A stretch of DNA of 63,814 nt, counting the filler, from Octopus bimaculoides (taxonomy: Eukaryota), in assembly GCF_001194135.2 (NCBI RefSeq). It is 6 parts of 5 records of this genome, joined end to end, with 100 filler letters (N's around TTAATTAATTAA, not from the genome) between each part and the next. Parts side by side here need not be neighbours in the genome. Positions count along the whole stretch, not along the records: positions 22,874 to 43,689 come from NC_068982.1; 5 more parts are not named here. One strand, 5' to 3'. How positions within the stretch are numbered: the stretch's first letter is position 1; each line of letters opens with the position of its first letter. Below the pieces are notes generated by a model. That model worked only from the letters and a program-made list of their open reading frames with translations, searched no databases and had not been told where the DNA came from. Position numbers and translations under genes: made by a program. Below are positions 22,874 through 36,017 of this stretch, piece by piece.

Positions 22874-23554
22874 TAGACACTTGCAAATTTATTCGAATAT
22901 TGAGGCTGAAGATCGGAATAGGGAACTTCATACCCTTAACCGTGAAACGTCGTACCCAATTAACTAAAGGCAGGTTTGTTTTTACTCTACTCTTCTGTTT
23001 TTTGTTCTGTGTGTGCCATAAATATCGCCATCCGTTAGAGAAAAAAATTGTAGTTTGGAATCTGTAGTTCTTTGACTGCTATTTCTGAATTCACAGTATG
23101 TTGGAGAAGCAGGCTTCTGCTAATCCCTGTATATTTATGATTATAAATGGTTTTACCGATAAAGGTTTTTTTCATACTGAGCTACTCGGCAAAATTGTTA
23201 ATTATTAATTTTATTACTAATTGACGATTCCCTGCCCTATATATCTATATTTTTAGTAATGCCTTTAAGGTGGATGGCTAAACCGCAACCCGTCGTACGG
23301 AACTTTTTTCTATACGAGACTATTTATGACACACACTGAATAGATTCATTGACGTGGGGTGTTTTAAGCTCACTAGCCGATAAATTTCTTAGTGTCTGCC
23401 TCACGTGGTCGTGATGTCGCATGGTCAAAATTAACGTGAGTTATTAGACACTTGCAAATTTATTCGAATATTGAAGCTGAAGATCGGAATAGGGAACTTC
23501 ATACCCTTAACCGTGAAACGTCGTACCCGATTAACTAAAGGCAGGTTTGTTTTT
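22874..23554 (+). repeat. Direct duplication of about 110 bp (22874-22984 and 23445-23554), each copy beside a gap
   Basis: The two copies differ at only 2 positions. Confidence 0.9.
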
Positions 23555-25387
23555 NNNNNNNNNNNNNNNNNNNNNNNNNNNNNNNNNNNNNNNNNNNNNN
23601 NNNNNNNNNNNNNNNNNNNNNNNNNNNNNNNNNNATATATATACATCGAGTTGCAAGAAGAGAGTTAGCTTCAAAGTTTGTGTTATACTCTACACAATTT
23701 TAGAATCATGTTTATTGTATGATTTTGCTTATACACTTTCTTTAAAGTGCTTAATACTTGAGAGGAATAGCTATCTCAGATACATTGTAACGAGGGAATA
23801 TGCACGTAAGTAAAATAACACAAATACACATACCAACGTATATTCATACATATATGGCTTGTTTTAATGAGCACATAACGTATCAAAGCTTATACATAAC
23901 GTATACACCTGACATATGCAATAAACACTAGATTAATCACACTTATTTTATGAAGTAAAAATGTATATATTCTACAGTGCCCGTTTGTATATCAGAGCTG
24001 AAAAGGGTTAAAGACTAATAAGATATAACAATTCGGCATTCATGTTTGAATGCTAATTTTCTCTCATATCCTTAAGAGACCAACATCATTATATGTCAAG
24101 TACTTATCTTGTTGCTGTATGGCATCTGCGATGCATTATGCAGTGAGATGTGCACTATGTTCGTAATACCGAAGCTTTGTAAACTATCAATAATTGCCAT
24201 CGATAAAATGATTTATGGTAACATAATTATTTATATGTTCTATAGAGAAATGTCAGAAATGGCGACAACGCATCTTGAAACTTTCGCTTTGTGCCTCAAT
24301 AAATGAACTTCAATTTGTATGGATGCTGATTTAGCCTTCAACTCTCAAAGATATCAAAATGTTAAGTACTGGCAACATACAGTGTTCTTGTTCATAGATT
24401 ATATTACGAATATTAGCATTTAATTCAGTTATAAACAGTCTCATTCATAACAGATGTTTAAAATTTTATCACGATACATGTATGCTTAATTATAGCTCGC
24501 AGAAAATGAGATTACATTAAAATGTATTTAGAGAGAAATATTTTGTTTACGAGAGGAATCAACTAGATATACGTATTAAATATAATCTTCATAATCAATT
24601 TCTCTCATTCATTTTCTTACCTACCGCTTACAAAATATGGAATAATAACAGTAGGGGATGTTAAGTACATACTTCAAAAGAGATTTCCAACACGACACGA
24701 TCAATGCCGAACATTTTTCTCATGAATGAATGTTTTTTTTTGTTTTTTTTTCTGACATATCACATTAGGATACTCATCACTAATCACTTAGTATTTTACT
24801 TACGTAATGGGCCTACATTAGCGCATACGCATTAACGAATATACACATACTCGCATATAAAGATACACATGCACATATCTTACGCACACAGACACAAACA
24901 CAAACACACACTTATATACTTCATACATATCTCCATATTAATCTTAATAGGAGATACACAATTTATGAAGTCATTTTCCCAGATACATTGACAAGTATAC
25001 TTGAGAGACAGCAGTTCACATTCCTAATAGACAATAACATCCGTGCCAAGACTCAGAACATGGAACAGCATGGTGTTGAAACAGATGATCGTCTATCTCA
25101 AATTTGATGCGCTCGATTTCTAAATTCGATATTGGTGTACATTTAGAAGGGTGTCCTAATTGATATTCCATGTGGTAAAAGTGAGATGATATCAGGCAAA
25201 GTTGCTCAATGAAAGGACACATTGATATTTACATATATAGATATACACACACATCTGTCTTTCTTTTCTCTCTCTATAAATTCACTTTTTCTTTTACTCC
25301 GTTACTTGTTTTAGCCATTTGACTACGGCCATGGTGGCGCACCGCCCTTCTTGCTTGTTTTGATTTTAATCACCTTATATATATATA

Positions 25388-25702
25388 AGGTCGTAGAATC
25401 GTGGTTTCGATTCCCAGACCGGGTGTTGTGAGTGTTTATTGAGTGAAAACACCTAAAGCCCCACGAGGCTCCGACAGAGGTTGGTGGCGAACCCTGCTGT
25501 ACTCTTTCACCACAACTTTCTCTCACTCTTTCTTCCTTTATCTGTTGTACCTGTATTTCACACTGAATCTCCCCGAGAACTACGTTAAGGGTACACCTGT
25601 CTGTGGAGTGCTCAGCCACTTGCACGTTAATTTCACGAGCGGGTTGTTCCGTTGATCGTATCAACTTGAACCCTCGTCTTCGTAATCGACGGAGTACTGC
25701 AT
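25388..25702 (+). mobile_element. SINE family C (long subtype), 5'-truncated
   Basis: GGTTTCGATTCCCAGACCGGG...GGTGGCGAACCCTGCTGTACTCTTTCACCAC...GGAGTGCTCAGCCACTTGCACGTTAATTTCACG is shared with 46457, 48337 and 59109. Confidence 0.85.
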
Positions 25703-26381
25703 CATATATGTGTGTATGTATATATATATTAGATGATAAATCGAAAGGTACACACCTGTTAGTTTACCGGTAAAACACATACACTTTCTCAGAGTTTGGG
25801 TAGTTGACTAATGAGAGTGACAGAAAATGGAAGCTGTTTAATGATCAGTACAATTGATATATGTGTTTATGAAAATTTGCACAAGCGAAAGAATATTGCG
25901 CTGATTCCACTCATTCTGGTTGGTGTAGCACGAATTTCATAAGATCCTTATATGGTGATATATTGTCTTAGGTTTGGGGTAGGACACATCCACCTTATCA
26001 GATCGAAAGAAAAGAATTTGAAATACATTTTATTTGCTTCTAAGTATATACTAGTTCAAGACGTGCTTTCTTCCTTATCACGATTGTATCAGTTTTTTTT
26101 TTTTTGACTGGTCCGTTGAGGTAATGGAGAAACTATGGTAGCGTAATGGTGTCGACATTCTGTAGAAGGAATGTTAGAGTAACACCATTTATTAAATTTT
26201 ATTTTGTACATGGCATACCAACACGATAAAGCTGGCAGTCAGTCACCATTCTTCGAGTATCGAAGTTTTTGTCAGATGGAGTTAACCGACATTGTTGAAT
26301 CAGGTTTTCTAGTTCATGTGACGGTCGTAAGTAGGTTTTTCCTTTCCTTTCTACTTGAGATGTTCATTAACTGGGCATGAG

Positions 26382-26480
26382 GGTAAAGTGGACCGCGGCG
26401 GAATTTGAACATAAAGACAGACGAAATACCGCTAAGCATTTCGCCCGGCGTGTTAACGTTTCTGCTAGCTCGCCGCCTTG
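26382..26480 (-). mobile_element. SINE family B 5' fragment
   Basis: GCTAAGCATTTCGCCCGGCGTGTTAACGTTTCTGCTAGCTCGCCGCCTT is the reverse complement of the family B head. Confidence 0.85.
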
Positions 26481-26759
26481 CAATGCCTAAATGTCAAGAC
26501 TTTACGATGATTGCAATGATCCATTTTACTGAAAATGGATTTTGACCGTCTTTCAGTAGAGACAATTTTGACATATAAAACATTTCCACGGAGCTGATCA
26601 TGATTAGCTAATTTTGATGTCATGAAAATTAAAGATGAGTAATGCGGTGATGAAATCTGGTATATGGAATTAAGGGAATGAATTATGCGCTGCTTTATTG
26701 ACAATAATACGGACTCATTGAAATCCCATTACGTCAACGCTGTAGCTATTCTTATATAA

Positions 26760-27800
26760 GCGTTGTTGGTTTGAGAACACATGTGCTATATTACAATGCC
26801 AATCTCGCTGTTGAGTAGTTTTATAAGTCGATGTCTGTGAATACATAGTTGTTGAGTTTCTTGTTTTTAAGCGTGGTGTAGCATACGTGTGACAATATCG
26901 TAATAGAATTACATATCTTTAGTATGAGAGCAAGACATTTTGCTTTCCTGCTTATGTCATTATATACTGTGTTGTTGGTTTTTCTTGCATGTTTAGTAAT
27001 ACTGTTTGTGCATGGACCAAATTTGCTTGGTGTATGTACTGTTGTTTTCAGCTACAATGTGTACGTAAGTTGAATGTTGAAATGTTTTGGAGACATAGTT
27101 ACAGTAAAGCCAAAATCTTTACATTTATATGATGTTCATCAAATCAGATTCCAAGTTCTCAATTTCCTTAGCTGAGAAGGACAACTTAATTTCAAGACGA
27201 ACTGACACGCAAATGTGGTGGTGGTTGCATTCTCGGGGATTTAGTCTTTCTAATACTTGCATATTAGATTTTATGTTTTTCCACAATGCACGATGCCAAC
27301 GCATTTCGGCAACACCCTCTCTACTACGATAGATGCAGTTACAAAACAAATTAAGTTAACAAGACCTGCGATATGTGGGTCCAAATAATGAAAAAGCATG
27401 TACACTAAGTTTTTTTTTAAATTTTTCAAGCAATCTCTGATTATCTAACAAGATACACACGCACTGCTATCATGAATAATTAACATTGGAACTGAGTGCA
27501 GATAATATTATAAATACACACACTTGTATTATACCTGTGTGTATAAAACCATCTCCCACAGTTTTGCTGGAAATTTATTCAATGCAGTCGTACCTCAAAT
27601 CTAACGAAGCTCTTGAAGTAATGTATGATGTTGACAGTTGCATTATTTCAAATTTCTTTGGCTTAAATGAACGGCTGACTATCCAAATATCAGCGAATGT
27701 CTTGTGGGAAATTTGAGGGTGCTACATTTGGGTACCGGTAATCTTCAGGGTAGTTTACGTGTTGAGGTTGTCTTTATGGGAGCATCATATTTCTCACGTG
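26760..27800 (-). mobile_element. Highly decayed MULE (Mutator-like) DDE transposase fossil
   Basis: Ordered minus-strand motif remnants across frameshifts: TVGDG (DGT-like, about 27550), QCVYLV, F.TASI.VE.VLP (DFE.A..A...FP-like), RWHRALWKNI (about 27290), YVSK..YV..NST...IWS, RKTNN (RTNN-like, about 26975). Confidence 0.5.
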
Positions 27801-29092
27801 ATCCTAATGACAAATCGGACAACGCCGTTGTGTTATTTAACCTACGTTGTGTACAATGTGATAGGTTTGTGAAATTAGATGTAGTGCAGCTTCTGTATTT
27901 TCAATTATTCCTGATTTTATGTGTGTTTGCTTGTGTGCAATAGATAAGATGAATAATCCAAGCAAACCATTTGCATGGATCTAGATAAGGAATTTATAAT
28001 GCAATATTAAATTATTAACCTATTAGTCATTTTTTTTTCATATATCACTGCGAAGATACGTTCACATAATTAAGAATGACATTTCTGGAGTTAATCTATA
28101 CATGTTGTTGAATACTTTAATTCAATTACATATATTCATGTCATTAACGAGCAATCTTGGTACTTTTACTATTATCAATTAAGCAAATTTCACTTAGTGA
28201 AAAATTTACCTCTTTCTCTTACGCCCACACGCACACATATGAATGTGTCTGTGTGTGCGCACTAATGTGTGCTTAATTTCGCATCAGTGCAGCCATTTTC
28301 AAACTGTACGGTGCTGACAAATGCTCAGTCAACCGAAACGACTGTCAATTAATGAACTTGCAACTAATTCCAGACCGCCCTTTCTTAGTATGTAATTTAA
28401 AGTATTCATTATGAAAATGTTTTTTTAGTATTTGGTTATTTATAAAATCTGGTTATTTATAAAATCATCTCATTTTTTAAAATATTTATGATAACAATGA
28501 AACTGTTTTCATTAACTTAATAAATTCAATTATGTTCAATCTATCATTCCGCAGTAAATATCGTTTAATACCTAACACCCGATTTCACGGATTTATGATG
28601 TGCCGAATAATATTATGGAAATTTTATTCTTCGAAATACAGATAAAAGACCCTGAGAGATGAAAGGTATAATATAATCGAGAAGGATTTGAATTTTGAAA
28701 GATAAATCGATGCCTCCTTGATTACAATATTTATGTTTTTTGCCCAGTAAAAGTGTGATAAGCTGTGAAAATATTATTCAGCTATCTCAGTCAATAAAGC
28801 AGCCATTTTGAGAATTGAACTGAATATTACTCATACACGTTTTATCGATCTCGTTTAGATTTAAAATAAAACGATGGTTTGGATTTAAATTCTTTTCATA
28901 AAAGACTTACCAAATACCGTTATGCTTTGTATACTGTATTCTTCACAAACTATCTTCTATCGCCAAAAATAGAACTAATCTATACAGATAATGATAGAAT
29001 ATTTAGTTCAAACTGCACACAGTCGATTTACTTTTCATTAATGTTCAGTCCACAAAATAAATGTACATAAATGTCGATTTTCTGGATAACGA

Positions 29093-29590
29093 ACGCGGTC
29101 AGCTGGTGGAATCGTTAGCACACCAGGCAAAATGGCATAACTGCATTTCACCTGTATTTTTGTTCTGAGTTCAATTTCCGCCGACGTCAAAGATGCTTTT
29201 CATCCCTTCGGGGTTGATGATATAAGTACCAGGCAAGTACTGAGGTTGATATAATTGACAATCATCCCTGCTCAACCAAAATTTCAGGCGCTGTGTCTAT
29301 AGTACAAAGGATTTATTGATAATGACTAAATCCTTGTTTCCCATTCCACATTAGTTACCCTACAATTAATAACAATCAAGGCACCGAGCTGACAGAATCT
29401 TTTGCAAACCGGGTAAAATGCATTACGGCATTTCGTCTGTCTTTATGTTCTGAGTTCAAACTCCGCCGGGGTCGACTTTGCCTTTCATTCATCCGGAATC
29501 AATAAAACAAATGTTAGTTGAGTACTAGCGCCGTTGAATACTATTAGTTACCCTCCTCGAAATGACTGATCTTGCGCTAAAATTTGAAGC
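29093..29590 (+). mobile_element. Two tandem SINE family B copies
   Basis: Heads AGCTGGTGGAATCGTTAGC (about 29100) and AGCTGACAGAATC (about 29388), each followed by TTCTGAGTTCAA. Confidence 0.75.
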
Positions 29591-29617
29591 CAATATTATA
29601 AATAACATTTATATATA

Positions 29618-30032
29618 GGCGCAGGAGTGGCTGTGTGGTAAGTAGCTTGCTTACCAATAACATAGTTCCGAGTTCAGTCTCACTGCATGGCACCTTGGGA
29701 AGGCGTCTTCTACTATAGCCTCGGGCCGACCAAAGCCTTGTGAGTGGATTTGCTGGACGGAAACTGAGAAGAAGCCTGTCGTATATATGTATATATATAT
29801 ATATGTTTGTGTCTGTGTTTGTGTATCTGTGTTTGTCCCCACAACATCGCTTGACAACCGATGCTGGTGCGTTTACATCCCCGTAACTTAGCGGTTCAGC
29901 AAAATAGACCGATAGAATAAGTACTAGGCTTACAAAGAATAAATCCTGAAATCAATTTGCTCGACTAAAAGGGGTGCTCTAGCATGGTCGCAGTCAAATG
30001 ACTGAAACAAGTAAAAGAGTAAGAGTAAGAGT
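29618..30032 (+). mobile_element. SINE family A, full length
   Basis: Colinear with 8027-8438 and 46826-47222 over about 400 bp. Confidence 0.9.
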
Positions 30033-30369
30033 ATATTTAATCTTAGATACAACGCTAAAAAAGAATTAGCACAGTATTAACATAACAAGTTACTAATACT
30101 AATAATAATGAAAACCAGTAACAAGAAGATTTCAACGCATGGCATTCCTCTGTAGACGAATACGCACTCTTGTTGCTTTGCTGCGTCAAATATGTAATGA
30201 AAGCTTTCATATTTCCTGCGTAGAAGTGTCTTAGGACTGGCCAGGATGGTGCTTTACGAAGGAGATTAGGGATTTTCAATTTCATAATCGTGTGATTGAA
30301 TGTGAGATCGAAGGGGATAGGCAGAATTAACTCAAAATGTTTTTTTCTGACAGACTAATCTGCCTATTC

Positions 30370-30410
<41 letters not shown>

Positions 30411-30411
30411 C

Positions 30412-30458
<47 letters not shown>

Positions 30459-30615
30459 CAGCAGCAGCAGTAGTAGTAGTGGTAGTAGCAGTAGCAGTAG
30501 TAGTAGTTGTAATAATAGAAGTAGTGGTAGTAGTAGTATCAGTAGCAGCAGCAGTAGCAGCAGTACAAGCAGCAGCAGCAGCAGCAGCATTAGTAGTAGT
30601 AGTAGTAGTAATAGT
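30370..30615. repeat. (AGT)n/(AGC)n trinucleotide tract
   Basis: Directly visible; explains the poly-S, poly-L, poly-T and poly-V ORFs. Confidence 0.95.
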
Positions 30616-31474
30616 AGTATACAAGTTAAATGAAGGAAGCGACGAGGATGATTATGAATTCTTAGGGCAACAGAAAAAGATAACAGTAGAAAGGCACCCG
30701 ATTCAAGAAAATATTTATTTCATATGCATTTGCATGTGGCTAGTGTGTTAGTTCAAAAGCCAGCAGGAGCTTATTTACTGTTTACATATATGAGATCGAA
30801 AACGAATGTATGTATTCAGTAAACTATTATTACATATAGAATGTCCTGGCTTCGTACCAAAGTAAATAACAATTATTAACATTTATTACCCTAGTTTTGG
30901 CTCGTGCATTTAAAATACTTTCAAAATCCCCCTATGTGCATGCGCACATGCGCACCAATACACCTACGCATCAAGAAAAGTATAGCAACCCAGAAAGCGA
31001 AGCTAGTTTCAATAGCGTAATCTGATATATCGGACCAAATGTAATAGTATTAATTTGGTGGCATAAGTGAGTGATGTCGGCATGTTTGGGTCGATAAATA
31101 TTCTGATATACTGATTCAAATCTTTAGTCTATTGAAGATAAATATTCTAATGAGATTTGTTCTGCATGAAAGGCGTCTATGCTATTGATTACAGTTATAG
31201 ATATCCGGGAACTTTGCCAGGCAAGGAGAATCATGGATTCATGAAAATATAGCCAAACTTACTAAATACAAAATTTTGAATTTGGATAAAGTTCCATATG
31301 ATGAATCATTGTAACAGCTGCATTAAATATATTTATTTACTCTGTGGAGTTTGTCTCGAAAGAATCACGCACGAATACACTCATAAATGCAATGCAGACA
31401 CAAGGATACAGAAGCGTCTGCAATCACATATACACACATACTCAGGCGCGCACATGTATATTTACCATTATATA

Positions 31475-31531
<57 letters not shown>

Positions 31532-34500
31532 GGATATATGTTTTATAATAGCATTATTACGCTTATTTTAATATCTCAGATTATGTTTCTATGCAGATAA
31601 GGGATTGGAACGGCGAATATACATATATGGTATCCCGAGCGAAGTCGTTTGTCTTATATGCATTTCCGTCCATTTTCCTTTTCTGTAAAGATCGAATTTG
31701 ACATTAATCTTATGGGACAGGTGATATAAATACCAGTCATGTACTATGATCGATATAATCTACTTTTGAAACCCACAATACTTATACGCACTTACACAGA
31801 GATACTATTGCTAATCTCTCAACAATTTCACTATATCCTAGCTTTATTATTAAGACCGTTCTTATCAAGTAAATCGGAGAAAGGATTTAATTGGCAGTAT
31901 CGCTATGAATTTTCAGACATATATTTATTGGGGGCTTCTCTTTAGTTCCTTCTTTGAAATTTTTGCACGGTCGAATTTCCTTTCGATATTCCGTGAAAGA
32001 TTAAATGAATTGATTAGAAATAGTGCATCTCTTCCCGTCAAAATATTTGGTGAATGGTTTTGTATGAAAACATCGGTGGTTATTTACGTTTTGAGCTCAA
32101 AACCCGCTGCGTTTAACTTTTTATTTTCATTCTCTGAGGCTGATACAAAATTTACCAGTCAGGTAAACTTACAAATATTTTCGAGTAACCGCCTCTCGTG
32201 TAATACGTGGCAGTAATCTTATGCTAGACAAATTATTGGAATTATTAACCATTTTGAGTAATAATAACGATACAAGGAGAAAATTGATTTCCAGATGAAA
32301 AACATTCTGATATCAAAAATTCTAATATAAAAGAAAGTTTATTTCTGCGTGTCACACGGTTTCTAGCTTATATACTCTGCCACTTGGGGCTCTACCCACC
32401 AGAATGTCACAGATGGGGATTGAGGTTAAATGCTTGAATATTTCTATGATACGTTTCTCCGACATCGTGATTTGAATCATCCAGTCATTTATTTTTTAGT
32501 GACCAGTAGAATACGAACTAGGAATTATATCAACGGTTGTACAATTTATGAGAACAAAGAACCTGGACTTCCGTAGATAATTATAATTAATCAATTCAGA
32601 AAGTGGATGACAAAATTAATTATAAAACGTCTTCGGAACACTTTAAAGTTTTACTTTTGTTTCGGCAGTAAGTTCCTCTTCATAGTCGTTTGTGATGAGG
32701 TGTTTCTGTGTAGAAATTTGCGTTATTGATCAGATCCTTTCAATCATGAATTGACTTAGTATTCATCAATTAACAGTCAGTTCCTCATAATGTTCCCATT
32801 CTCAAGGAGCCTACTAAATTATTATTTGAATGGTCTTGAAAACTCAAATCATTATTCTCGGCAGGTGATAATTTTATTTGTTTTCGTTTTAGCGACAGAA
32901 AGAAAGTCACAACATTTCATATCGAACTGAACGAAAGCCAGAGCAGTAAAAGTTTGTACATTCTGGTAATAATATAAGAAAATTTCTTCTGTGATTCTTC
33001 AACTCGATTTGCTCAAATGAAGATTACACTGTGCAAATCTCAAAAATCAGCCTTATAAGGATGAAGAAAATGGAGTAAATATTTGACACATTATATTTTC
33101 TCATGATAAATCATAATAAATGTTGTTGATCCTACCTCATGATTCCTTTTATATGGATACAACTATTCCACGATGAAGACAAAGCAGTACATCCCCGGTC
33201 CTCAATGGTAAAAGCGATTCAGTGATGAACATAGAAAAAATATGCTACTATAGATTTAGGGAAGAATAACGTAGCACATGTTAACTTTATTAAATCTTAT
33301 ATAAAAATCTTAAGGATCCCTTTTTTTTTTTTTGATTTCAAACATTTCCTGCATCCTACATGAAGGACGTGCGCGTCTCTAACTAATAGGGTACTTATGG
33401 GTTAGAAGCGTATAAGTTTTACATTTAAACTAATTATAAAACGCATCATATCAGATAATCCTGGTGACGGTTTAAGGATTTATATTTTCAGACTAAGGGT
33501 AAATTAGAGTTAAGCGTAGCCATTTGTGTAATTCGAGGTACAAATAAGCCGCTACACAAAATTTATCAATATTGAAAAGATATTCTTTGAAAATGTCCCA
33601 AGAAAACTTAGACGAAGTTAAATTATTTTCTGAAACGTCTGCTAGTATTTAATGTATTTATACCGTCTCTCTCAGATATTATTACTATCTCAACACCTTC
33701 CTTGAATTCTAATGATAATTACTAGCAAATTTAATTAAGACAAATTCTATTTACAGCAGTTATGTCTAACCTTGTGACTTCTTTTACACTTAAACGATTC
33801 GCACTGTCTACCAAGTTAAACTTTACTTCGTCTTGCAATCACTTTTACCGCATTAACTGTTTATTGGTAAATGCATGAACAGAATACTAAGAGAATAAAG
33901 CATACATATCAGGAATTAAATTGAGGAGAAAATTAATCATAGGAACAAAAAAAGAAGCTGAATTAAAATTTCGTTACCTCTTTATCTCTATTCTTGATTG
34001 TATAGCCGAAATCTAAATAAGTATTGCCGTAAGTGTTATAATTGATGCAGAAATTCATTTACGCCATTATTTGATTTTCATTGTTTAATCGAATGTACTT
34101 GGTGGTATTTATTCTAAATACTAAACCACACATTCTTTACAACTAAAATCGATTGTTTACATTTATTGGAAAAGTTTTGTTAAGCGTAAAATGTTTTTGT
34201 GCTGCAGTTCTGCGTAGAACAAGAAGCAAATTCGACCAAAATTTCATGACGTATTTCACATGATTGCATCGCAATAATCACATTTTAAGAAATGATACCT
34301 TTACTGGATTGCTAGTTGATATTGCTGTATAAATTCATTTCGCCATGCAAGCCATTATGAAATATATGGAATGAGGAGAGAATTTAAACTGAGTCTCAAC
34401 CACAGAGATATACATCAAAGATATTTCAGTATATTTACAATACGCAATGTTGTTCCGATGGAGAATAGAATTGCCAGAGGCATAAATATATAATCAAAAT

Positions 34501-34684
34501 CCGGTTTACTGGAAACCTAGGATCGTAGAATGTATTAAATTGTCTTTCTATTAAATGTAGTATTAGCATCACCATTAAAGATATTTTAAAATCAACGATT
34601 GTAGAAATGTTGAGGAGATTAATACATCAATGAAATTATATTACATATATATATATATATGTGTGTGTACACACAAACACACAC

Positions 34685-34715
<31 letters not shown>

Positions 34716-34755
34716 CCCACACTCACCCCCCATATATATATATATATATATATAT

Positions 34756-35072
34756 AAGTTTGAGACATTGAGAAATATAGACATCTATTTTAATTCTTCT
34801 ATCTCAAAAATATATGCAAATATATTGGTTTCTATATTATATCGTTGCTATTCTATTTTTATGTATTGGCAGAACACCTACGAACACGTTCATCTATGCG
34901 CCCACACATGTTTACGTACACTCATATACATTCACATATAAATATATATATATCCTAGTTCGAAAATATTATCGTCCTTCTAACTTATGAGATGCATCAA
35001 TTTGAATGTGCGTACCCAACTGATCATCGACGTCCCACAGTTTCTGGGTTCATATTAATACATGAATATATT

Positions 35073-35111
<39 letters not shown>

Positions 35112-35465
35112 GCAAACATACACTCACGTATGTACGTATATGCATGCCTATATCACATTCCTGTATGAATATGAACCCTATAATTGTGGGACTTCGACGA
35201 GAGGTTGGGTACGCACATCCAAATTGATGCATCTCATACGTTAGAAGGACAAAAATATTTTCGATCTAGGATTTATATATATTTATATGTGAATGCTTAT
35301 GCGTGTACGTAAGCATGTGTGGGCGTATATATGAATGTGTTTGTAGGTGTTCTGCCAATACATAAAAATAGAATGGCAACGGTATAATATAGAAACCAAT
35401 ATATTTGCATATATTTTTGAGATTGAATTAAAATAGATATCTATATTTCTCATTGTCTCAAACTT
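34756..35465. repeat. 710-bp foldback palindrome centred on (TA)n
   Basis: 34756-35076 is the reverse complement of about 35109-35465 (e.g. AAGTTTGAGAC...GTCTCAAACTT; GATGCATCAATTTG vs CAAATTGATGCATC), with substitutions and a 36-bp indel. Confidence 0.95.
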
Positions 35466-35961
35466 TCTCTTACTCTCATTTACCCTCTCATGTACATTCT
35501 CTCACTCTCGCTATTTGCTGTTATTCCTGTATTCTTTATCACTCTGAATGCATACATACATACATACATATATACATACATACATATATATNNNNNNNNN
35601 NNNNNNNNNNNNNNNNNNNNNNNNNNNNNNNNNNNNNNNNNNNNNNNNNNNNNNNNNNNNNNNNNNNNNNNNNNNNNNNNNNNNNNNNNNNNNNNNNNNN
35701 NNNNNNNNNNNNNNNNNNNNNNNNNNNNNNNNNNNNNNNNNNNNNNNNNNNNNNNNNNNNNNNNNNNNNNNNNNNNNNNNNNNNNNNNNNNNNNNNNNNN
35801 NNNNNNNNNNNNNNNNNNNNNNNNNNNNNNNNNNNNNNNNNNNNNNNNNNNNNNNNNNNNNNNNNNNNNNNNNNNNNNNNNNNNNNNNNNNNNNNNNNNN
35901 NNNNNNNNNNNNNNNNNNNNNNNNNNNNNNNNNNNNNNNNNNNNNNNNNNNNNNNNNNNNN

Positions 35962-36017
<56 letters not shown>

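Noticed and set aside
26924-27064. Signal-anchor-like peptide MRARHFAFLLMSLYTVLLVFLACLVILF... ending at a GTAAGT donor
   Set aside because: It is better explained as the antisense of the decayed MULE transposase on the minus strand.
27704-27943. ORF beginning NLRVLHLGTGNLQG, which looks LRR-like
   Set aside because: It is a single short match with no repeat periodicity, and it overlaps the MULE fossil in antisense.
30327-30751. Poly-Ser/Thr/Leu/Val ORFs that look mucin-like
   Set aside because: They are pure (AGT/AGC)n microsatellite open in several frames, with no splice or domain context.
31905-32216. 103-aa plus ORF; the antisense PNILTGRDAL resembles a gypsy protease C-terminus
   Set aside because: One short motif with in-frame stops, and no D(T/S)G, RT or LTR evidence nearby.
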